Positions 9,948-19,751 of a stretch of DNA of 37,070 nt are shown one piece after another; positions within the stretch are counted from its first letter, which is position 1, and each line of letters begins with the position of its first letter. Below the pieces are notes generated by a model that did not search any database, was not told where the DNA came from, and saw only the letters and a list, made by a program, of their open reading frames with translations. Origin of the DNA: Phascolarctobacterium sp. (GTDB lineage Bacteria > Bacillota > Negativicutes > Acidaminococcales > Acidaminococcaceae). Location: NCBI GenBank assembly GCA_019417125.1, contig DXVZ01000113.1:518-37587 (forward strand), written 5' to 3'. Position numbers and translations under genes: made by a program.

Positions 9948-9959
9948 ATCGTTCACCTA

Positions 9960-12175
<2,216 letters not shown>

Positions 12176-12176
12176 G

Positions 12177-12989
12177 CTATTTCCCCCGCAAATTGGTTAA
12201 AACGTTCTGATAGGTTTTATCGTCAATCAAATCAGGCGTTTTGCCAGTTTTAAAAATAACAGCCAGCATTTTTTCACCGTCGCTGGCGGTTTCAGCCGCA
12301 ACTTTGCCGTAATAATGCTGCTGCAGGTGCTTTTTAACGCTGTCGTATAATATTTTATCACAATTCAGAGCTTTTTTACAATTTTCGTAGTCCGACCATG
12401 GTTCCGTCAGCAAAAACCTTACCACTTCGTCATGCAGCTTTTCTCTTTCATAACGGGCGCAAACGCTGCATAAACTGCCGCTGCCATTAATAACTGCGCC
12501 GCAGCGTCTGCATTTTTGGGCGCCTTTTTTTAACAAAAACTTGTCGCGTTTAACCGCTGCCGCTTTAAAAGCCATTATCTTACGCTGCAAATCTGTATTT
12601 TTTATGCCTGCTGCCAAAATGGCGATACTTTGCCGTTCTTCATCTTTTAATTCAATTTTATCCTGCTTATCTGTTGCCGCTGGCTTATTCAAAAACGAAT
12701 TTTCAACGCTGCCGTTAAAAAATTTTAAATCGTTAACGGTTCTTTTATTTAAAACGCCGTTAATATTTTTTAAAAATTGCTTTTTCATCAGCAGCAAATG
12801 GTTGGACCAGACGGAACTGTCAGTATTGATGTACAAAACCTTATTTTCCAAATGCACCGGCTTGGAATGACGCGCTACATTGCTGCCGCAAATATCCTGC
12901 CACTTACTTTGCAGATAAAATACCAGATAAGTATCGCGTTCTTCCTTACCAGGTAACATTTTAAACAAAATCTGCTCTACATTTTTCAT
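12177..12989 (-). CDS. DUF721/DciA family protein with C-terminal Zn ribbon
   Basis: WQDICGSNVARHSKPVHLENKVLYINTDSSVWSNHL...IN...VNDLKF matches the DUF721 pattern; CRRC-x10-CSVC; directly downstream of recF. Confidence 0.8.
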   Translation of the reverse strand: MKNVEQILFKMLPGKEERDTYLVFYLQSKWQDICGSNVARHSKPVHLENKVLYINTDSSVWSNHLLLMKKQFLKNINGVLNKRTVNDLKFFNGSVENSFLNKPAATDKQDKIELKDEERQSIAILAAGIKNTDLQRKIMAFKAAAVKRDKFLLKKGAQKCRRCGAVINGSGSLCSVCARYEREKLHDEVVRFLLTEPWSDYENCKKALNCDKILYDSVKKHLQQHYYGKVAAETASDGEKMLAVIFKTGKTPDLIDDKTYQNVLTNLRGK

Positions 12990-14119
12990 CAGCCCTGCAT
13001 AACCTTTCCGCCTTCAATGTAAAAATAGGCATTGTTGTTAAAATCCGGTATCAGGTGCTTATCGTTAACGGTAATAAAAGTCTGCACCCTGCCGTCGATA
13101 AATTTTAGCAAATGCGTACGCCTATCTGCGTCAAGCTCGCTCATAACATCGTCCAGCAGTAAAACCGGGTATTCGCCAATATTATTTTTAACATATTCCA
13201 GCTGTGCCAATTTTAAAGCCAGTGCCGCACTGCGTTGCTGCCCCTGGGAACCGAAAGATTTCAGCAGCCTGCCGCTGACGTAAAAGAATAAATCATCGCG
13301 GTGCGGGCCAATACTGGTATTGCCGCGCAAAATATCCAGAGCCTGCCGTTTTTGCAGCTCCTGCAAGTAAAATTTCTGCCATTGGCTTTCTTCCTGTTCC
13401 GGCTGCTCCAAAACAAAATCATCATGCGTTTTCAGCCCATAGCTGACAGTCAGTTTTTCGCTGCCGCCGGCAATGGAATTATATATTCCGGCAGCAATCT
13501 GCGAAAGTTCTGCCAAAGCCTCAAGCCTTTTTTTTACGATACCGGCAGCAGCCGCGCTGAGCCCTTTATCCCATAAAGCCAGCTGGCTGCGGTCGGCATT
13601 GTTGTCGCGTATCTCTTTTAACAGCCTGTTGCGCTGCTGCAAAAGGCGGTTATATTTTACCAGCATTTCATAATAAACCTTATCCGCCTGGGCAATCTGC
13701 ATATCAAAAAAACGCCTGCGCAGCTGCGGCTCGCCCTTAATCAGCTGCAAATCCTCCGGTGAAAACATTACCGCGTTTAAAGTTCCGTAATGCTCTTTGG
13801 CTTTTATAGCGGCATTATCCAGCAGCAGCTCTTTTTTAATCCGACCGTGCTGCTCATAACGCTTAATTTTTATTTCGCAATCAGCGTCAAAACTGGTAAA
13901 TTCTGCCCTAACAGCCAGCTCGCGCCTGCCTTCGCCAAACAGGTCATCCTCCTGCGAAGTACGGTGCGACATTCCAAAAGCGGCATAAAAAACTGCTTCC
14001 AGCAAATTCGTTTTGCCCTGCGCATTTTTGCCATAAAATATATTAACCATCGATGGAAACTGTAAACTGCATAGCCGGTAATTTCTGAAATTATGCAGAT
14101 ACAGCGCTTTAATTTTCAT
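12989..14119 (-). CDS. recF: DNA replication/repair protein RecF
   Basis: GKNAQGKTNLLEA Walker A, GPHRDD, GSQGQQRS, LLLDDVMSELD. Confidence 0.97.
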   Translation of the reverse strand: MKIKALYLHNFRNYRLCSLQFPSMVNIFYGKNAQGKTNLLEAVFYAAFGMSHRTSQEDDLFGEGRRELAVRAEFTSFDADCEIKIKRYEQHGRIKKELLLDNAAIKAKEHYGTLNAVMFSPEDLQLIKGEPQLRRRFFDMQIAQADKVYYEMLVKYNRLLQQRNRLLKEIRDNNADRSQLALWDKGLSAAAAGIVKKRLEALAELSQIAAGIYNSIAGGSEKLTVSYGLKTHDDFVLEQPEQEESQWQKFYLQELQKRQALDILRGNTSIGPHRDDLFFYVSGRLLKSFGSQGQQRSAALALKLAQLEYVKNNIGEYPVLLLDDVMSELDADRRTHLLKFIDGRVQTFITVNDKHLIPDFNNNAYFYIEGGKVMQG

Positions 14120-14333
14120 CGCAGACAGTAATAACGGCCATATTTTTAACGTTTACTTTATCGCCGGCGCGGATTTTTTTGCGCTTTTCCAGCACCGGCT
14201 GCCCATTAAGGCTGACGCAGCCTGTTTCAATCAGCTCGTGCGCCTGACCGCCGCTCATTACAACACCGGCAAATTTTAAAAGATTGGTTAAAGTTATATA
14301 TTCGGTTTCAATATTAACATTAAGTTTTTCCAT
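14109..14333 (-). CDS. yaaA: S4-domain RNA-binding protein YaaA
   Basis: EYITLTNLLK...SGGQA...NG...RKKIRAGD; between dnaN and recF. Confidence 0.88.
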   Translation of the reverse strand: MEKLNVNIETEYITLTNLLKFAGVVMSGGQAHELIETGCVSLNGQPVLEKRKKIRAGDKVNVKNMAVITVCDEN

Positions 14334-14338
14334 TGTTT

Positions 14339-15448
14339 TTAAAATACCACCCTGACAGGAGTAACGATATAAAGATAATTTTCTTCGCCGACCGGTTTAA
14401 TGCACACCGGGCTTAAAGAATTATTCAGTTCCATTACAGCTTCTTCATCGGACAGGTTCTTTAAAATATCCAAAATATATTTGGAATTGAACGCCACGTT
14501 CATACCGCCGCCTTCAGTACGGCACTGAATGTCTTCGCGCCCTTTGCCGACGTCTGGGCTGCTGGAGCTGATAACGATTTCAGTATCGCCGACGCTGACC
14601 TTAATAATGCTGTAATCGCCGTCGCTGGAAAACAGGGCAACCCTTTCTACCGCACCGGCAAGCTCTTTAACATTAAACCTGGTCTTAGTGTTGAAAGAAG
14701 GCGGAATAACACGCCTGTAATCCGGGAATTTACCTTCAATAAGCCTGGAAACAATAACTACCTGGTCAATAACCACCATAATCTGGTTATTCAAAAGTGA
14801 AATTTTAATCTCCTGCGGCAAATCGCCGTTTAAATTACGGGCAATTTCCGAAAGCACCCTTGCTGGGATAATAATTGACATATCCTCGTTTGCTTCGTAA
14901 GGCATGCTCTTAATTGCAAGCCGGTGGGTATTAGTACCGACAAAAGTAATCTTGCCTTCGCTGATTTCAACAAGAATACCGGTAAACAAAGGCCTTGCTT
15001 CATCAGTCGAACAGGAAAAGATAGTCTTTTTAATAAGTTCTTTAATCTTTTCATCTTCCATTACAATCTGTTTATCAGGGTTAAATTCCGGAAATTTCGG
15101 ATAATCGTCCTCATTCATCAACAGCAGCTGAAAATCAGATTTGGCAGAACGTACGGAAATAGTTTTTTCTTCTTTATTTTTAACGATAGTAACAGTTTCG
15201 CCGGGCATCTTACGCATCAATTCAGAAAAATGCTTGGCGGAAACCACTATTTCGCCATTTGTTTCTGTATTGCTTTCTACCGTACAGGAAATTGCCATGT
15301 TTAAGTCCATGGCCTGCACATATAAAATATTTTCGGCAGCGATGATATGAATGCCGGAAAAAATAGGAGCGGTCGGTTTGGAAGAAATAGCTCTTTGTAC
15401 TGTTTGAATCGCTTTGTTCAGGCTTGTTGTTGAGCAGGTAAATTTCAT
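14339..15448 (-). CDS. dnaN: DNA polymerase III beta sliding clamp
   Basis: 369 aa; EARPLFTG, THRLA, SRLIEGKFPDYRRVIP, FNSKYILD, C-terminal PVR. Confidence 0.97.
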   Translation of the reverse strand: MKFTCSTTSLNKAIQTVQRAISSKPTAPIFSGIHIIAAENILYVQAMDLNMAISCTVESNTETNGEIVVSAKHFSELMRKMPGETVTIVKNKEEKTISVRSAKSDFQLLLMNEDDYPKFPEFNPDKQIVMEDEKIKELIKKTIFSCSTDEARPLFTGILVEISEGKITFVGTNTHRLAIKSMPYEANEDMSIIIPARVLSEIARNLNGDLPQEIKISLLNNQIMVVIDQVVIVSRLIEGKFPDYRRVIPPSFNTKTRFNVKELAGAVERVALFSSDGDYSIIKVSVGDTEIVISSSSPDVGKGREDIQCRTEGGGMNVAFNSKYILDILKNLSDEEAVMELNNSLSPVCIKPVGEENYLYIVTPVRVVF

Positions 15449-15464
15449 GTTATGCAGACCTCCA

Positions 15465-15742
15465 TTATTTTATAATAACTATATAGATTTAAAATAATTA
15501 GTAGTAGTTATAGTAGTAAGTGTGGAAATGTTGAAAATACGTAAAACATCGGTAAAATCTCTTTTAAGCGGCTGTTTATAATGTGTGGAAAACTGTTCAT
15601 AACTTTTAACACTATTAACTTTCTGAAAAAGCATTATAATTTTTAACAAGTTATCAACAGGTTTAAACACATTTTCCACAGATAACTGTTGAAAAATTAC
15701 TGGTTCAGCTGTTCCGTTAAAAAAACAATGGCTTTTTCCACA
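15465..15742. other. oriC: Chromosomal replication origin oriC (dnaA-dnaN intergenic region)
   Basis: DnaA-box-like 9-mers: TGTGGAAAT 15521, TGTTGAAAA 15529, TGTGGAAAA 15584, TGTTCATAA 15594, TTATCAACA 15651, TTAAACACA 15663, TTTTCCACA 15672, TGTTGAAAA 15687, TTTTCCACA 15734; DnaA-trios and AT-rich DUE adjacent. Confidence 0.9.
15499..15519 (+). repeat. DnaA-trio array (basal unwinding system)
   Basis: TAG TAG TAG TTA TAG TAG TAA next to tandem DnaA boxes (15521-15537), with an AT-rich tract toward dnaN, as in B. subtilis oriC. Confidence 0.85.
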
Positions 15743-17127
15743 GAAGGGTCTTTTTTACGCTGCGCATTAATTTTGTCATAAGCATGGATAACGGTGCTGT
15801 GGTCGCGCCCGCCGTAAATTTCGCCGATGCGGGGATAGGATAAATCTATCAGCTCGCGGCAGAGGTACATGGCAATGTGCCTGGCCGTAGCAATGCTTTG
15901 CGTGCGTTTTTTTGTAAATAGCTCTTCCGGCTTAATTTTAAAATAAGCGGCTGTTGCTTCGTTGATGGCTTCGTAGGTAATTTGCCTGCTCTGCACGGTT
16001 GCGCCCATTTCGTCGAGAATGTTTTTGGCAAGTTCGATGGTAATAGGCATATTCATTAATCCTGCGTAAGCTACTATTTTGGTATAAGCACCTTCAATTT
16101 CCCTAATGTTGGTAGTGATACTGGAAGCAACCAGCGTAATAACGTCATGGGGAATTTCAATGCCTTCCAGTTCCGCTTTTTTGCGCAGAATGGCAATGCG
16201 TGTTTCCAGGTCCGGAGATTGTATATCAGCCATTAGGCCGCATTCAAAGCGTGAACGCAGGCGGTCCTCAATATTTTTGATATGTTTTGGTAGCCTGTCG
16301 CTGGAAATAATAATCTGTTTATTTTCTTCGTATAATGCGTTAAATGTATGGAAAAATTCTTCCAGTGTACGCTCGCGTTTTTCTAAAAACTGAATATCGT
16401 CGATAATTAGGCAGTCTATTTTGCGGTATTTATTTTTAAAATTTTCCATCGTCCTTTTTTCAATGGAAGTAACGATTTCGTTCAGAAATTTTTCGCTGGA
16501 GATATAAAGTACTTTGGCGTCGGGCTTATTTTTCTTAATCTGGTTGCCGATGGCATGCATTAAATGCGTTTTGCCAAGGCCGACGCCGCCGTAGATAAAC
16601 AGCGGGTTATAGGCAATTCCCGGTTTAGCGGCTACCGCTTGGGCGGCTGCATAGGCAAAACGGTTGGAATTGCCGATAACAAAAGTATCAAAAGTATATT
16701 TTACGTTTAAATTGCTGGGAAATTGTTCTTCAAACAGAACCGGCTGCACATAGCTGTTGGTAAATTCAACGGGCTTGGCAGGAGGAGTTTGTTCCTGTTT
16801 TAAAGGCGCTGGCTGCTGCTGCGGTATTTTCGGAGCTTCTTTGTGCGGTTCCGTTTTTACCGGCGGTGCGGCAAAATCCAGGTTTTCTATCTGCAGGCTG
16901 AATTCCTGTCCGGTAATTTCCGCCAGCAGGTTTTCGATAATTGTTTTGTAGTTTTCTTCCAGCCATTTTTTTAAAAAATTATTGTTAACGCCGATTAAGA
17001 AAACAGAACCTGCTGCCGAAAGCGGTACTGCCGGGCTGATTATCGTATTATAAACTGTTTCGCTGACGGAATTTTTCAGCCGTTGAAGCAGTTGTTCCCA
17101 TATTTCAGAAACATTATAGGAATTCAT
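15697..17127 (-). CDS. dnaA: Chromosomal replication initiator DnaA
   Basis: YTFDTFVIGNSNRFA, YNPLFIYGGVGLGKTHL, IDDIQF, RLRSRF, GGRDHSTVIHA. Confidence 0.98.
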   Translation of the reverse strand: MNSYNVSEIWEQLLQRLKNSVSETVYNTIISPAVPLSAAGSVFLIGVNNNFLKKWLEENYKTIIENLLAEITGQEFSLQIENLDFAAPPVKTEPHKEAPKIPQQQPAPLKQEQTPPAKPVEFTNSYVQPVLFEEQFPSNLNVKYTFDTFVIGNSNRFAYAAAQAVAAKPGIAYNPLFIYGGVGLGKTHLMHAIGNQIKKNKPDAKVLYISSEKFLNEIVTSIEKRTMENFKNKYRKIDCLIIDDIQFLEKRERTLEEFFHTFNALYEENKQIIISSDRLPKHIKNIEDRLRSRFECGLMADIQSPDLETRIAILRKKAELEGIEIPHDVITLVASSITTNIREIEGAYTKIVAYAGLMNMPITIELAKNILDEMGATVQSRQITYEAINEATAAYFKIKPEELFTKKRTQSIATARHIAMYLCRELIDLSYPRIGEIYGGRDHSTVIHAYDKINAQRKKDPSVEKAIVFLTEQLNQ

Positions 17128-17314
17128 TATTAGTAGTCCTTTCCAAAATAAAATGATTTTATAAGCTGCTTATTTTTGCGTTATGTCTATCACTTTATTT
17201 TAACAAAATTGGCGTTTATTATCAATTCCTTTGTTTTTTTCATAAATTTTGCATATAAAGGCTGTGTAAAGCGCAAATTTCTTAAAAAACTTTATTTTAA
17301 CGTATTCTTTATTC

Positions 17315-17343
17315 TTGACACTTAACCGAGTATCTAATATAAT
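17315..17343 (+). promoter_or_regulatory. Consensus sigma70/SigA promoter of the rpmH operon
   Basis: TTGACA (17315-17320), 17 nt, TATAAT (17338-17343). Confidence 0.85.
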
Positions 17344-17413
17344 TTTATCAGCTATCAATTCAATTAAAATAGAGAATTTGATAAAACCGTTAATAGTAAG
17401 GAGGTAACAGTTC

Positions 17414-17548
17414 ATGAAGCGTACTTTTCAACCGAATAACCTTAGAAGGAAAAGAACCCATGGTTTCAGAGAAAGAATGAAAACTTTGGGCGGGCGTCAG
17501 GTTTTAAAAAGAAGACGTGCAAGAGGCAGAAAGAAATTGTCTGCATAA
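17414..17548 (+). CDS. rpmH: 50S ribosomal protein L34
   Basis: Manual translation [55 protein letters not shown]; absent from the ORF track. Confidence 0.98.
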   Translation: MKRTFQPNNLRRKRTHGFRERMKTLGGRQVLKRRRARGRKKLSA

Positions 17549-17554
17549 TATTAT

Positions 17555-17583
17555 AAATAGGCCGCTCAAACGGCCTATTTTTT
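17555..17583 (+). terminator. Intrinsic terminator after rpmH
   Basis: aaataggccg-ctcaaa-cggcctattt followed by further Ts. Confidence 0.75.
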
Positions 17584-17601
17584 CAATGCGGGCAGGTGTG
17601 T

Positions 17602-17970
17602 ATGCATAATTTGAAAACAGACAGTGATTTTTCTTTTAAAAAAGAAAACAGAATTAAATCGAAAAATGCTTTTCAGACTGTTTATAAGACAGGCCGCTCG
17701 GTAGTTGATTCGATGTCTGTCATGTATGTGTTGGCAAATGATGAAAAAAAGATAAAAATCGGTTTTGCCGTCGGCAAAAAGCTGGGCAGTGCCGTTGTAC
17801 GCAACCGCGTTAAACGCTTAATGCGCGAGGTGTTCCGTCACAGGCGCGGCGAGCTGAAAGATTCGGTCCATATTATTTGGGTAGCCCGCAAAAAACTGAT
17901 TGCCGCCGATATTTATACTTACGATAGGATTTTTATGCGTCTTGCCAAAAGGGCAGGGATATTAAAGTAA
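17602..17970 (+). CDS. rnpA: Ribonuclease P protein component
   Basis: [36 protein letters not shown] (RNR motif); start uncertain (17596 or 17602). Confidence 0.95.
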   Translation: MHNLKTDSDFSFKKENRIKSKNAFQTVYKTGRSVVDSMSVMYVLANDEKKIKIGFAVGKKLGSAVVRNRVKRLMREVFRHRRGELKDSVHIIWVARKKLIAADIYTYDRIFMRLAKRAGILK

Positions 17971-17980
17971 AGGTGAGAGT

Positions 17981-18190
17981 ATGAAAACGGTTATTATTTT
18001 GTTAATCCGTTTTTATCAGATATTTATTTCGCCGATGTTCCCGCCGCGCTGCCGTTTTTATCCGACCTGCTCCCAGTATGCTCTGGAAGCGGTGCAGAAA
18101 AAAGGCGCCGTTAAGGGAAGCTGGATGGCGCTGAAGCGTATTTTGAAATGCCATCCGTTTCATCCGGGAGGCTATGACCCGGTTGATTAA
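17981..18190 (+). CDS. yidD: Membrane protein insertion efficiency factor YidD
   Basis: [11 protein letters not shown]...[16 protein letters not shown]. Confidence 0.95.
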   Translation: MKTVIILLIRFYQIFISPMFPPRCRFYPTCSQYALEAVQKKGAVKGSWMALKRILKCHPFHPGGYDPVD

Positions 18191-18242
18191 ATTTGAAACC
18201 CATGTATTTTAATACATATACCAAACCAGGGAGTTGAAAAAT

Positions 18243-18905
18243 TTGGATTTTTTAAGCAGCATTGTACAGGAAGCTATTACGATTCTTTATAATATCAGTG
18301 CGTCTTTTGGCTTTGCCAACTACGGCTTTGCCATTATTTTGTTAACTGTAATCGTTAAGCTGGCAACTTATCCGCTTACCAAAAAGCAGATTCAGTCCAT
18401 GAAGGCTATGCAGCGCCTGCAGCCGAAGATGAAAGCTATTCAGGAAAAATATAAGGGCGATAAAATGAAAGCAAACGAAGCTATGGCGCAATTGTATAAA
18501 TCTGAAGGCGTTAATCCTTTAGCCGGCTGCCTGCCGCTTTTAATTCAGATGCCGATACTTATCGGTATTTTCTATGGCATCCGCGATTTCCAGTATGCTG
18601 GTTCCCCTTTGTTTATGGGTCTTGATATTTCCAGAAGCCTGAGCGAATTTATGTCTGCCGGCGGACCGGAAATGTATGCTTATGCTGTTTTGCCTGTTTT
18701 ATCTGCACTGACTACTTTTATTCAGTCTAAAATGACGATGCCGGATACTTCCACTACACAGAACCAGGTTATGCTGTACGGTATGCCGCTGTTCATCGGT
18801 TATATCAGCATCAGCTTCCCAACAGGACTTGTGCTGTACTGGGTAGTAATGAATATTATGCAGATTGGCCAGCAGCTGTTTATGGAACGCGGACAAAAGA
18901 AGTAA
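18243..18905 (+). CDS. yidC: Membrane protein insertase YidC/Oxa1 (short form)
   Basis: GFAIILLTVIVK, QPKMKAIQEKY, GCLPLLIQMPIL, GLVLYW; TTG start 9 nt after GGAG (track start 18234). Confidence 0.93.
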   Translation: MDFLSSIVQEAITILYNISASFGFANYGFAIILLTVIVKLATYPLTKKQIQSMKAMQRLQPKMKAIQEKYKGDKMKANEAMAQLYKSEGVNPLAGCLPLLIQMPILIGIFYGIRDFQYAGSPLFMGLDISRSLSEFMSAGGPEMYAYAVLPVLSALTTFIQSKMTMPDTSTTQNQVMLYGMPLFIGYISISFPTGLVLYWVVMNIMQIGQQLFMERGQKK

Positions 18906-18920
18906 AGGGAGATTTTTAAG

Positions 18921-19694
18921 ATGGATTTTATTGAAAAGACCGGTAAAACCGTAGAAGATGCTTTAAATGACGCTTTGGCAGAATTAAAAACTACTGCCGA
19001 TAAGGTTAATGTTGAAGTTATAGAAGAAGCTAAAAACGGTATTTTTGGTTTATTTGCCAAAAAAGCCAAAATTAGGGTTACTTTAAAAGATGCTGCCGAA
19101 AAAATTGGCGATATTGTTAATGAAACCGTAGACAGCATTAAAGAAGATTATAAAGAAGGCAAGCAGGAAGCAGCTGCGGCCCGTGAAAGCATTAAAAGGG
19201 AAGAAACAAGGCCTGTTGTGCGCGAGCATGTTATTGAAGATGCCGCTGTTGACGCAGCCAAAGAATTTTTGCAGAAAATTTTTAATGCCATGCGCATTGA
19301 AGTGGTGATGGAAAAGTTCATTAATAAAAATGAAGGCGTAGTTACCTTTAAGCTGCACGGTTCCGATATGGGCATTTTGATTGGCAAACATGGACAGACA
19401 CTGGATTCGCTGCAATATCTTACTAACCTTGTTGCTAATAAAAATTCGGCAGAGCGCATCAGAATCGTTATTGATATTGAAGATTACCGCGAACGCCGCG
19501 TTGAAACTTTAAACCGTTTGGCGCTTCGCCTTGCCGATAAAGTAAAACGCACCGGCGAACGTGTTGTACTGGAGCCGATGAATCCTCATGAAAGAAAAAT
19601 TATTCATGTAGCATTACAAAACGACCGCCGTATTACTACGCTCAGCGAAGGTGAAGAACCTTACCGCCGCGTAGTAATCGAGTTAAAAAAATAA
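18921..19694 (+). CDS. jag: RNA-binding protein Jag/EloR (KhpB)
   Basis: Jag_N GKTVEDA, KH motif LIGKHGQTLDSLQ, R3H motif PMNPHERKIIH. Confidence 0.95.
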   Translation: MDFIEKTGKTVEDALNDALAELKTTADKVNVEVIEEAKNGIFGLFAKKAKIRVTLKDAAEKIGDIVNETVDSIKEDYKEGKQEAAAARESIKREETRPVVREHVIEDAAVDAAKEFLQKIFNAMRIEVVMEKFINKNEGVVTFKLHGSDMGILIGKHGQTLDSLQYLTNLVANKNSAERIRIVIDIEDYRERRVETLNRLALRLADKVKRTGERVVLEPMNPHERKIIHVALQNDRRITTLSEGEEPYRRVVIELKK

Positions 19695-19707
19695 TTTTCT
19701 TAATTTT

Positions 19708-19739
19708 AAACCCAGTCGTTTGTACTGGGTTTTTCTTTT
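19708..19739 (+). terminator. Intrinsic terminator after jag
   Basis: aaacccagt-N7-actgggttt followed by a T-rich tract. Confidence 0.7.
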
Positions 19740-19751
19740 GGAGAAGCGATT

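Noticed and set aside
15479..15679. 66-aa ORF in the dnaA-dnaN spacer with a Thr-rich end
   Set aside because: It overlies oriC; the Thr run is simply the DnaA-trio repeat read in frame
17200..17415. 71-aa minus-strand ORF upstream of dnaA
   Set aside because: AT-rich promoter region, antisense to the rpmH leader, with no RBS or motif
18202..18217. Palindrome ATGTATT-tt-AATACAT upstream of yidC
   Set aside because: Short, AT-rich and single copy; no regulator assignable
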